A DNA stretch of 64,000 nucleotides from Octopus vulgaris (taxonomy: Eukaryota): positions 62,558,001 through 62,622,000 of the forward strand of contig OX597825.1 of assembly GCA_951406725.2 (NCBI GenBank), written 5' to 3'. Positions within the stretch are counted from its first letter, which is position 1. Every line of letters begins with the position of its first letter. The notes under the pieces are model-generated. The model was not told the DNA's origin. It searched no databases and saw only the letters and a program-made list of their open reading frames with translations. Below are positions 39,156 through 51,857 of the stretch, in pieces. The translations under genes were made by a program, and so were the position numbers.

Positions 39156-39582
39156 AAAGTGGCGAGCTGGCAGAAACATTAGAACACTGGACGAAATACT
39201 CAGCGGTATTTCATCTGTCTTTATGTTCTGAGTTCAAGTTCCGCTGAGGTCGACTTTGCCTTTCATCCTTTCAGGGTTGATAAATTGAGTACCAGTTACG
39301 CACTGGGGTTGATGTAATTGACTTAATCCTTTTGTCTGTCCTTGTTTGTCCCTTCTATGTTTAGCCCCTTGTGGGCAATAAAGAAATAAGAAATGTTAGC
39401 ACACCTGCAAAATACTTAGCAGTATTTCGTTTGTCTTTATGTTCTGAGTTCAAATTCTGCCAAGGTCGACTTTGCTTTTCATTCTTTCGGAGTCGATAAA
39501 TTAAGTACCAGTTGCATACTAGGGTCAATATAATTGACTGGCCCCACCCCAAAAATTTCAAGTGCCTAGAGTAAAAAGATTG
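39156..39582 (+). mobile_element. SINE B+B2 dimer
   Basis: Junction aagaaataagaaatgttagc; TSD tttaa(g/a)tctact at 39144 and 39583. Confidence 0.88.
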
Positions 39583-39829
39583 TTTAAATCTACTTTTCTT
39601 GCTGGCAGTGATTGGATGGGTTATCTGAGTAAATTTTTATTCAATGATAACCTTCTCTTCGATAGATCAAACAACCATTTCAATTTTGTTTCATCTTTGG
39701 AGAGATCTTGATGGTTGGAATCCCTTCTACTGAGTCAAGGGGAGGTGTTTTATCATAGCACCAGCATGAGAGAGATAGTTTTCTTGGTTATTTTTATGTT
39801 TTAAGATAAAGAAAAAAACAAAAGCACAA

Positions 39830-39865
<36 letters not shown>

Positions 39866-39868
<3 letters not shown>

Positions 39869-40025
39869 CACAGATGTGGTTGTGTGGTAAGAAGCTTGCT
39901 TCCCACCCACATGGTTCAGGTTCAGTCCCACTGTGTGGCATATTGGCAAATGTCTTTTACTATAGCCCTGAGATGACCAAAGCCTTGTGAGTCAATTTGG
40001 TAGACAGAAACTGAAAGAAGCCTGC

Positions 40026-40066
<41 letters not shown>

Positions 40067-40636
40067 ATAAAAATGGTGAGACAACAAAAAAATGAAAGAG
40101 ACCTCAATATTATGTAAATAGAGGAATTTATCTGTAAAAGTAATATGTGACAATTATTCGGTAGCCATGATAAAACTCCAAGTTTCGGATGCCGAGGTGG
40201 AAATGCATTTTCATAGCATTTTTTCTGATGGCCAGTTAACTGAAGAGATGGCGGTGTGGATTTCCACCTCGGCATCTGAACCTGAAGTTTTATCATGGCT
40301 ACCGAATAATTGTCACATATTACTTTTACAGATATATATATACACACACACATATGAATATATATATATATATGTATATATGTATATATATGAATGTGTG
40401 TATGTATGTATATATCTGTCTTTGTGCATGTGTTTGTCCTTCCCATTGCTGTTTGACAACTGGTGTGTTATGTCCCTGTAACTTAACAGTTTGACAAAAG
40501 AGACCAATAGAATAAGAACTAGGTTTAAGAAATAAGACCTGGGTAGATTTGTTCAACTGAAATCCCTTCAAGGAGGTGCTGCAGTATGGCCACAGTCAAA
40601 CGAATGAAAAAAGTAAGAAAATAAAAGAATAAAAGA
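39866..40636 (+). mobile_element. SINE A with a fold-back element inserted in its (TA)n
   Basis: Head 39866-40030, tail 40400-40636. Confidence 0.85.
40064..40334. mobile_element. Penelope-like fold-back element with hammerhead-like core
   Basis: ~75-bp inverted arms 40129-40204 / 40260-40334; gttaa-CTGAAGA-gatg...catc-(c/t)GAA(A/C)C-t...a-GTT-ttatc. Confidence 0.65.
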
Positions 40637-43068
40637 ATTTATGCAAGAGGCAAATAAAACAATATTCTACAAAATTAAAAACAGGTCAATCTATAACATG
40701 GAAGGTTGAATAATTACTATTATGATGTTTCAGATTCTAAAATATTGTGTACAATACTAAAATACAGGTCACATTATACTGCATACACCATTCCAATTAA
40801 CACCACAAGAAATACTGATTTCCAAACAGTGTTTCTCATATTATGTTTAATAATACACCATATTTGCCTTCGTTGAAAACCCATTTCTTGGTGAATAAAA
40901 TATACAATTTATCACTAAGCTTGCAAATATCTTTATAAAGAGAATATTTCTTAAATGCTTGACATCAAAAGAATATTTTGAACGAAGTCTTTTTTGCTGT
41001 TGTTTATTTGACATGATATTCCTATCTTGAAACCTTAATAAGCTATGTAACAGTTTGTATGCTATCGTATTAAATTCAATATTAGATACATATGAGATGA
41101 AATAATCAATAATTCATATCTTCGCTGCATAATACCTGCTCCTAATATTGTCTTATCTATATTGTGTTATTGGTCTAAATTCTTCTTTACTTGAAAACAA
41201 AAAAAATTATCCTATAAAGCAACACATTCATTGTCAGTTAACTTCTAAACGCCTTCTGATTGAAGAAAATCAGTGAGATATCTTCAAAAATCTTATATGG
41301 TAATTTGTGAATTCTAGGAAATCGTTTCCAAGAAAGGATTTTGAGGATTTTCTTGGAGGAGATATCTCCATAAAAGTTTGTGCAAATGTGAAAACAAACA
41401 AACTATTTCCTTTATAATGTTCAACAGTTATCCTACTCGTTAGAATCTTTATGGCTTAATGATCACATGTAGGAAGCTGTTAGTGATACTCTTCTCTGTC
41501 ATCTCCAACACTCTTATGTAAAACACAAACGTTTTGGAAAAACCACTTTGAAATATCTTTCAATGTAATGTTAGCATATAATTTTTTATTATCTCTTTTC
41601 ATTCAAATACTATACACAAGAGCCTCATTAGCTATATCTGGCAATAACAGTTATGTGTGACGATGCAAGCTATGATGAGGAAGTAACCACTGTCACGTTT
41701 TTGTAGAAATGCACTGCAGAAATCACTTTTAATAATTTATAGCTAAATGTGGTTCACATGTGATCAGCTTTGAGTAACTTTTCTAGTTCATTTCCAACAA
41801 ATATATATGTAACATTTTTGAACAAGATCCCTCCTGAATTTTTACCAGTCAACAACGCCTGCTCTCTCAAAGTAAATGGCAATTAACATAATTTCTCTTG
41901 TGTTGGTACCATGAAATGTACCCAGTATAGATTGCTGTAAAAGGTTGGTAGATTAAGCAGAGCAAACAAAGGGCTCAGGGTTGTCTATTCAACATCTCTA
42001 GAGTTGTGCCCAGAAGTATCAGCTCGGTACACCTTGTAAAGTAGATGATGATAGGAAGGATATCCAGCCATATAACTAAAATGAAAGAAAATAAGAGAAG
42101 ATATGAGCATCAGATTATGAAAATAGAACTCCCATCAGTGATTACTCAGATGCAGGACTCAGTTAAGTCTATACAAAGATGGAAAAATTATGATGATGTA
42201 AAAATTATGATGATGACAATGATGATACCGATCATGATGATGAGAAGATCGTTATGACACTGGTGATGATGGTAACACCTTGGGTATGCTTGCAGTAACC
42301 TCATACAGATGCATCTTAGCTTAATTTGTTCTTTCTACCAATGAAGAATTGTATATCGAAACAAGATGTTTACAACTGTTTATTACATACAGTTTTGATT
42401 AAAATCTTTAGATGTACTCTGTAATAATAAATAATAGTAAATAATTAGTTTATGTTATAACTAGGCTTTGATGGATAAGATAATTGAAAGGAAATGTCTA
42501 GTTTTGAAATAATTATTCCTTAATGCAATAGTCTAATAAATCATTAATTGCATGCTTTTGAAATTAATGAATACTTAAGAATACTATAGTTAATTTGTAG
42601 AATATTCACTTTTACCAACTTATATAAAGACATACAAAGATTATATTGCATTAGAATGCTGTATTATTGTGATCCATTATTGAATTACATATTTTATTTC
42701 GAAACTTTCAACTAGAATGTTATATTTAGAAAGACATTAATAAATACACATCTATAAATTATAAATATTATCTTGAATCAATTAACTTTGCAAAAAAATA
42801 CAACATTTATAGTAACTAACGTAAACTTACAAATTGTTTTGAAAACTTTTCATTACTTTATAATGTTTTGCTTAAAAAATAAGATCACTTCTTTGACATT
42901 TCTCAACACAATCATAACATATTTTACATTCATTATTCTTTTCAGAACATTCATTTCACCATAAATGCACAGTAAATATTGCAAATATTTTGATGTATAA
43001 GTTAGAAACGGAAGTCAAATTCATTTCTTATTTTACATCTGCGTTTTTCCATTCAGTATGGGTTAAAT

Positions 43069-43406
43069 CAGTGGTTCTCAAATGGAGTCCATATGGCCCC
43101 TGAGGGTCCATATAAGATTTTTGGGGGTCCATGTACTAAAATCATAAATCGGGGATCTGCAATAGAATTTTAAAGGCCTCTGAAAAACATTTGCTTTAGA
43201 TGTATGTATTGTAAGAACAGCTAGGTTTCTTTCTCTAAGATTTTATGTAGTTCAACCTACACAAATTAATGTGTGGAAAACAAAACAAGAAATTTTAAAG
43301 AAGTTTCTACAAGACAAATCTTTAAGCATCAAATGGCTATGGGGGTCCACCAGAATAAAATAGTAATAAAAGGGGACCATTGATAAAAAGCGGTTGATGA
43401 CCTCAG
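43069..43406. mobile_element. hAT-like MITE
   Basis: cagtggttctcaa start; perfect 8-bp TSD ggttaaat at 43061 and 43407. Confidence 0.88.
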
Positions 43407-43778
43407 GGTTAAATGAATATTTCATATGGGAGACATTGTCTTATGGCTGGATGCTCTTCATGATGTGAAACCCTTACTGGTTTTCCCAGTAAGGAATTGC
43501 TTAATTCATACAGCTGCAGTGACACAAAGTACCCGAACAAACCGTTGACAGGAAAATCAGAGATCAACATATATGCAACACTTTTGTACAAGAGATTGAA
43601 GATGTAAACAAACTCACAGACATACATGCAAACACACATATGTATTTGCATTTGTATATGAGTGAGTACTTCATTGCTTCAACATCATAAGACAGTTGTA
43701 AAATCGTGTCACTGTGTATACAACTGGTACCATTCATTTTAAGTCTTCTTTGAAAACATATCCATTCACGGGGAAATA

Positions 43779-44006
43779 TAAACCCTTTCGATACCAACCT
43801 GGCTGAAACAGGCTCTGGCTCTGAGTAAAAATGTCTTGTTTTCAAAAGTTTTGAATTAAAATCTTCCACCAAACCTTAGTCATGATTTATGTTCCTAACA
43901 CTAGCTTAATGGTAACCAAGTTATTTTACTAAATCTTTTGTTATATTTAAAGTAATTGAATGAAACACAGAGCATTCCAAAATAAATACAGTAACGAAAG
44001 GGTTAA
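43779..44006. mobile_element. piggyBac-like TTAA MITE
   Basis: aaccctttcgatac...gtaacgaaagggttaa. Confidence 0.85.
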
Positions 44007-44329
44007 CATGCTTGGAAATAAGGGTAAGTTAGCATCGGGAAAGGCATCTGGTCATAGAGTATCAACCTGAAAGAAAAATTCCATCTAACCTATGTAAGAA
44101 TAGAAGAGTGGACAATGATATCAGATTGAAGATGGTAATAATGACATAAGTTATATATAGGCAAATACGAAATATAACTACACAACCAAATGGATTCTAT
44201 ACATATCCTTCCTTATCTGAATTTCAGACAATACAATATACTATAAGCTTTGTCTACGATTTTAAAACTAATTCATAATAAATGAAACGTTCTATTCAGT
44301 AAGGTGAAATAACTAATTTCTTTTGAATT

Positions 44330-44634
44330 GCATGCATATACAAACTTTCATCCATAATATATGCACACATATGCATACGTACATAAATACACGCACACAC
44401 ACACTAACACACCGATATATATACATATCTATATACATAGATATATATATATGTGTATGTGTGTGTGTTTGTGTGTGTATGTATATTTGCACATCAATAT
44501 GTATAACTATATCTTGTTCTGCGTCTATATCAGTATCAATATTATATATATATTTATATCTGTCTATCTGTGTGTATGTGCATTTGCATATCAATATGTA
44601 TAACTATATCTTGTTTCTGTGTCTATATCAATAT

Positions 44635-44703
<69 letters not shown>

Positions 44704-44805
44704 CATATATATTTGTATGTATATATGTGTGTATATATATCTGTCTATCTGTGTGTGTGTTTGTTTGTGCGCATGTTTGTGCATGCGTTTGTGTGTATTT
44801 GTGCA

Positions 44806-44850
<45 letters not shown>

Positions 44851-44860
44851 ATGTGAATGT
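44330..44860. repeat. (TA)/(TG) microsatellite region with a ~97-bp local duplication
   Basis: gca(c/t)atcaatatgtataactatatcttgtt present twice. Confidence 0.9.
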
Positions 44861-45407
44861 ATTTATGAATGCATATATGATTAGAATCAACCAATTATTA
44901 TATTCTACATTCACATTCATGCTGCATGTTTGTGTGACTGAAATAGATGTTTGTATTCTAACAATAACACATACCTATTTAAGTGGTTAATGGGTTTGCA
45001 TTTATTGTATCAATTACTCATGTAACAATACCAACTGCAGTCAGTTCTTTATTAAAACATATTTTTGGTTTATTTCATGTTCTTTCTTTGACAGAATGTC
45101 ATCTAGCCATAATTCCTGTTAGCAATATCTAAATGGATGTCTTTTATCTTTCTTCAATACAGCCACATCTTATCACACATCACTACTTTCTACTCATGGT
45201 GAAATAGTGAATTTTAATCACATTTGGAGATTAAACAACTTTATATATTTGGTTATGATGGAATTTTCTTTCTTTTCTCATTATTTTTATTGTTTTGCTC
45301 TCTCTCTATATATATATATTTGTGTTCATAGTTATTTGTGTTTTTCGGTTTTAGAGTAATTCCTATTATTGTAGCTTTGTATTGTTATATATATGTATAT
45401 GTATATG

Positions 45408-45457
<50 letters not shown>

Positions 45458-48400
45458 ATCATACATATTCATATATATATATACACACATATATACAATA
45501 TACATATATGTACATATAGATATATATGTGCATATATACACACATACATACAAACTTGTGTGCAGAGACACACACATACGTAGGCTTTTGTTAGAAAATG
45601 ATTTCTTTGATAAAGTCGCTAACATTTTTATTTCTATTGCTATTTGTAAACATATTGTACATTGTACACTATGGATAGAAAAGAAATGAGAAAAAAAAAT
45701 AAAGACAATTTCAAGATCGATGTTTCAATTTTCCTCAAACCTAAAGCTATCTCCATTAAGTACCATCTGAGAAAAATTTCCATCTTGTTTACTCTTCTCA
45801 CTACTTGAATTTATTCTTTAACATCATAAAACCCTGAGTCATCACAAAATATTTTGCTGAGTTCTCTTCCAGGTAAATTGATTTTTACACTTCAAATCCT
45901 GAGATAAAGCAAAATTTTAAACATTCTTTTAAGACAATAATTTCAACCTAATATTATACATTTCATATAAAGAAGAACAAAATCCATTTTGGTGATAATA
46001 ATGGCCACTTATAATTCCTGCATATTTTGCGATTTTATACCAGGTGTCTTTCCTTTTCTGACATTTTTCTATATTTTGAATATTGAAAATTTGCACCATG
46101 TAATTTCATTTCCTCATATAGAGGCCACATGCTGTTAATCTTCTACAATCTTTTTCAAGTTCGGGAAATTTTATTGCATGCAAATCCTTTTCTCATTTAG
46201 AATTGTGAATATCAACTATGATTGGATCAATATTTTGCTTATTGAAATATCATGATGTTTTTTTTAGTTTCCTTGATGTATTTTAGGGCTGGCTACCTTC
46301 TGGAATTATAGTCCATGTACTGATAAGATTTCAGTGAATCATTCCAAGATAACTAAAATATAAATTTGAAGGCCTTTTGAAGAACTAAAAGCATTATTTT
46401 GAATATTCATGTTATGAAATTACTTTGGCATATTGTTGAATCTTTATTGAAACTGTTATAAAATTTTATTTGATTGTGATAAAAAAAATTTCTTTGGGTG
46501 CATGTGAAGAGTTAGAGTAACCAAATAGTTGTAATAGTGTCTAGATCCAAAAATTCCAACTGAGCAAACATTCATTGTGGAATTTACCATTTAGATTTTA
46601 TTCCAAATATTAGTTTATTTTATACATACATTATTCATCGAAAAGATAGAAAATAAGTTAATTTTAGAAATGAAAAACGATAATGTAGTATACACCTGCA
46701 AGTAAATGTTAGTTAAAATCAAAATTTGTAGATCTAGTTAACATAAAGAAGCATTAAAACTCTGTAGTAAAATAAGATAGAAATATCTAGTGACCGACAC
46801 TGTTTAAAAACTGTTTTCTTTACTTCAGTCATCTACATTAAACAAGGTTGTGTTCTATCATCTTATTCCAAAGTCTTGCGCTGTTGCAGTGGTTTTCTTT
46901 TTCTTTTGTTTTTGCATTTACATTGGCAAAAGATTTATATTTTACCGTTTATGAAGTTTTCAAGATTATTAGAAGACAATATTAGCAGTATGATGCCAAG
47001 ATTTAGTACAAGTGAATGAAGACTCGGCTTAATTTGCTATTAGTGATAGCTTTGTAAATCTTATTTATTACATATGATCAGTGACTACATTTATTTAAAT
47101 TACAGTATCACATCTTTTTTTTTTACTTTGAATATTTTTGTTATCATTTTTAGAACATTGCTTTATATTCGTGTATTCAATTCTTCTCCACTCTTTCAAA
47201 AAACCAACTTAGCCTGAAATCTTATTAAACCATTTTAAGAAGCAGTAATAAAAAATGTTTACAAAGAGGTAAATATTTTATATTTTCTAGTTCTTTTATT
47301 TCTGGCTAGAAGACACAATTTATGTAACAAATAGAAGAGAAAACTACTGAACTCAAAATAAAATGGTATCAATATTTCTTCACTATGATATTATATTTAA
47401 GCAGTAAACCAATGGAAGTTAGGTTGAGAAAAATTATGCTTCACTGACTTTATGATTCAGTATTGTAGGGTCACTCTTTTCTGCAGTTTTATTCAATGTT
47501 TATATAAAGCATTTATATTTTCAAGAAAGCTATTTATTACTGAATAAATTTTCTAACATTTTCCTCTTTTACAATGCAGTTTTCTAGTTGTATATATCTG
47601 TGCTTCGTGAACACTAAGAAAACACTGAATTCTCATGATATTGTCAATTAATACTGTTTTGTTTAGTGTTAAGGGATGATATTTTAATGTAGAAAATAAT
47701 TGATTTAATATTTCTCATTATCTATTCTAGATATAGCAGCAGTTGATTAAAGTTTTAAAAATAAAACTAAAAGAACACATTCGAAATTATATGCAAAAAA
47801 AAAAATCAAAATTAAATATAAAAAAACTGAAAGTATTCTAAGAGACTTTCAGTTTTTAAATATTAATTTTAAGCCAGAGAAAGAATTTTCATTTATAAGA
47901 GAAAGGAAAATTACTTTTGTTTCAGCAAAGAAAGAAATAAGGGAAGTGATTTAAAAACATTTTAAAATTCAAATCGCTTTGTCATAATTCCCAGACTAAC
48001 GAAATGTCTGTGAGAAACATTGCACTGAATTCTAAGTTTATAAAGTACTGTAGCTGTTGAGTCATGATGTCATAAATAAAATCATGAAAATATTAACTAA
48101 CTTAAGGCAACTTTTCAAAACAGATATTCATTTGCAGTGATTAAAACTGCAAGTCACTTTTACTTGTAAATATATTATATATTTTTTAAAGTTATCTGAT
48201 CATTGCATGTTTGTACAAATTAGTTAACATGAAGGGATTAAGTTTCAGTAAACCTGCTCAATTAATTATCAATTTAATTAACTGAAACTAAAATAATTTT
48301 CTTGAAATTAATTCCATTGCATTGACAAAGATAGAAGGAAAATCAGACCAATATCTCAGAAACTACAATCATAATTTAAAATATTGTTAATGGACATTTT

Positions 48401-49168
48401 CATTACATGACATTTAATCAACGAAGGAAATAACAAAAAATATACGAATGGAAATTTTAATAAAGACCATTTTGAAGATCAGCAATGTTAAAATAGTAAA
48501 ATAGCAAAGTAAAAATAATGCTAAGAAATAATCCAAAGTAAAATAGAAGAGAAATGAATCAACTGGATGTAAAAGACTTGCCAAAATCCAGCTACCATAG
48601 CAAACTTACTGCAATTGTGAGATTTCATAATTTTATTTTAGATATGTGCATACTGCATGTGCATGAGCTCACACACTGATGTGCATGCATGTAAACACAT
48701 ACACACACACGCACACACATGCAAATACAAACGTACATATGTGTTTAGCTTCCTACAGTTTTTGTCTACCAAATTCTCTTCCTAGGTATGAGTCGGCCGG
48801 GTGCTATAGAACAAGACACTTGCTCAGGCAGCAGAACAATGGGACTGAACTCAAACCCACATGGTTGTGAAGTAAAATTCTTAACCACACAATTATGTAT
48901 GTGTGTGTGTGTGTGCGTCTATGTGTGTGTGTATGTGTGTGTGTGAATGTGTCTTTATGGGGATGTATTATCTGAGTGGGCACCAGTTTTGCTCTACTAT
49001 TGATTGATAATTCTGGTTATTTATCATCTGCTTATGCACTAATGGTTATGGTTGGTTAGTTTAACCATTCTTAGTATTTTCCACTTCTGAAAATCCAGTT
49101 GGCCCTATCAATATGCACACACACTCACACACACACACACACACACACAAACATACATACATACATAC

Positions 49169-49217
<49 letters not shown>

Positions 49218-49220
<3 letters not shown>

Positions 49221-49455
49221 CGAAATGTAACCACGTGTAAACTGTTGGTGACATTTTCCCTCCGTCTTCCTTTTCTCTTACATTTTCCTCTGTTTCCCGT
49301 TTCTAAAGAAGAGCTTTGCTCGAAATGTAAAACACCCTCTCTTTCCATCTCTTAGGACATGGTAGATGTAAAGAATTAATACTTTGCATGTACCATGTCC
49401 TCACATTGTTGTTTTTTCTTGTTGTTTTTATTTTCTCTATTTTTCTATTAATTAT
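49218..49455 (+). mobile_element. Penelope-like pLTR fragment between (TA)n tracts
   Basis: Carries the hammerhead motif at 49299; T-rich 3' part similar in style to the 6129 element. Confidence 0.6.
49299..49333 (+). ncRNA. Decayed minimal hammerhead motif
   Basis: gttt-CTAAAGA-a-gagc(ttt)gctc-GAAAT-GTA-aaac; stems I and II perfect, G5 to A and C15.2 to T substitutions. Confidence 0.65.
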
Positions 49456-49462
49456 ATATATA

Positions 49463-49799
49463 TAGGTGCAGGAGTGGCTGTGTGGTAAGTACCAACCACA
49501 TGGTTCAAGGTTCAGTCCCACTGTATGGCACCTTGGGCAAGTGTCTTCTACTATAGCCTCGGGTTAAGCAAAGCCTTGTGAGTGGATTTGGTAGACGGAA
49601 ACTGAAAGAAGGCCATTGTATATATGTATATATATATTTGTGTGTCTGTGTTTGTCTCCCCAACATTGCTTGACAACCGATGCTGGGTTGTTTACATCCC
49701 TGTAAATTAGTGGTTTGGCAAAAGAGACCGGTAGAATAAGTACTAAGCTTCTAAGAATAAGTCCTGGAGTCGATTTCCTTGTCTAAAGGCGGTGCTCCA

Positions 49800-49800
<1 letters not shown>
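49463..49800 (+). mobile_element. SINE A truncated at ggtgctccag; matching tail inverted at 51011-51067
   Basis: Direct sequence. Confidence 0.88.
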
Positions 49801-49871
<71 letters not shown>

Positions 49872-50020
49872 GGTTAAGTAATTGAGATTCTAGTGAATTC
49901 TAAAGAATTCACTTGAATATGGTCCTTAACTAGGATGCACCGGAAATCTATATGGTGTTAACCATACGACAAGTGGGGTGATTACAAATAGGAAAAAAGC
50001 AACAAGAATGGATTAAAATC

Positions 50021-50104
50021 TCGGTACGATCGTTTCGTACGAGGACATCTTTAATAAGCTACAAAAAATGCAGTGAATACAGATGGCTCGTACTCGTCAG
50101 CCGA
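50021..50104 (-). ncRNA. Type I hammerhead ribozyme motif (intact core)
   Basis: Reverse complement of the 50877-50960 motif. Confidence 0.8.
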
Positions 50105-50876
50105 AAAACATCAGAGAATTCCCAAACATCAAAAGGGGTAGATACAAAAGAGGTTGTAAGATTAGCTGCATTGAAGAAAGTTTGATTCGTGGAGATCCGA
50201 TGAAAGGTTTTAAACCTATAGAATTTATGCATGTCTACATATAGCTCATATTGAATATTTGATCAAGTTGTGTGAAGAAATTTTCGGATACAGTCATGCA
50301 AAATTTCTGAAAATCCGAGTAAGAGGCAAAGTGACTGCCATATCATGTAGAGGAAAGTCTGAGTAAAATTCTACCTCCTTCCTCCTCTTTCTGTGATTCT
50401 TGATAAATTCATTAACAACCTGAACCGCTACAATATAAGACTGTCATTTTGCTTCTCATTCGGATTCCCTGATATTTTTCGCATGATTGTACCCTAAATC
50501 TCTTCACAAAACTGGATTATGAACTATAAGGACATACACATATTTTGTAAGTTCAAGACTTTTTCATCGGATCTCCAAAAAATCGAACTTATCTGCGATT
50601 CTTGTAAATTTCAATAACAATCTGTTCCTCTACACGATATGACAGTCACTTTGCCTCTTACTCGGATTTTCAGAAATTTTGCATGACTGTATCCGAAAAT
50701 TTCTTCACACAACTTGATTAAATATTCAATATGAGCTATATGTAGACATGCATAAATTCTATAGGTTTAAAACCTTTCATCGGATCTCCACGAATCGAAC
50801 TTTCTTCAATGCAGCTAATCTTACAACCTCTTTTGTATCTACCCCTTTTGATGTTTGGGAATTCTCTGATGTTTTT

Positions 50877-50960
50877 TCGGCTGACGAGTACGAGCCATCT
50901 GTATTCACTGCATTTTTTGTAGCTTATTAAAGATATCCTCGTACGAAACGATCGTACCGA
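50877..50960 (+). ncRNA. Type I hammerhead ribozyme motif (intact core)
   Basis: tcgg-CTGACGA-gtacgag(43 nt)ctcgtac-GAAAC-gatc-GTA-ccga: all core nucleotides present, palindromic loop III, predicted cut after A50956. Confidence 0.8.
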
Positions 50961-51067
50961 GATTTTAATCCATTCTTGTTGCTTTTTTCCTATATATATA
51001 TATATATATACTCTTTTACTTTTTTACTTGTTTCAGTCATTTGACTGTGGCCATGCTGGAGCACCGC

Positions 51068-51148
<81 letters not shown>

Positions 51149-51857
51149 TATAGAGATAGATAGATACACACACACACACACACACATATATATACACGTG
51201 TGTGTGTGTATGTGATATGTGTATGTACATGAGTGTGTGCTTGATAAAGCCATCTGTGATTAGGTCTCCGTTTTTAGGAGATGTGTAAAGAAGCAAAGCA
51301 AAACAGAAATTCATGTAAAAAAGGGTGAAAGAGCTGGTTATCTCTCTCTGTTTCTTTCTCTCTCTTTCTCTCTCTCTCGCTCTCTCGCTCTCTCTCTCTC
51401 TCTCTCATTCTCAGGTTGCCAACACAAATAGATTTGAAAAAAGAAATTTTCTGAAGAGAGCCAAGTCGTGGGCTTCTGAAACATCAGTTTGTTGTGTTTA
51501 TTTGAACCATCTTTTTTTATATGAGTGGAGCAATTAAGTGCTTCTGATGTACTTGTAAATGAATTTTTGTTATATCTTGATTAGTCGTAAAAACAATTAT
51601 TTTTTTTATTGTGAGAAGCAAGAGAAGAAATGGCAGTCATCCTCAGTTTTTATCACAGGAAATGATTATGTTTAGCAACACTGTTTGAATGGCTGAAACT
51701 AGACAAACTGTCGGGCTGAAGCTGTGCACTGAAGACTAGAGGACGTGCTTCGTGTTTGACATTCTGCAATTTAGAGAATTATTGATATTTTAAAATAAAT
51801 TTCAATCAAGCAATCTTCGTAATGAGTGGCTCATTAAGGGATAACATTTTGCAGTTA

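Larger units (their letters stand above)
49871..50993. mobile_element. Penelope-like element relic with inverted pseudo-LTRs, inserted in (TA)n
   Basis: ~368-bp inverted arms 49988-50355 / 50625-50993 (about 6 differences counted by eye), 269-bp spacer, one-sided 117-bp extension, a hammerhead in each arm. Confidence 0.8.
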
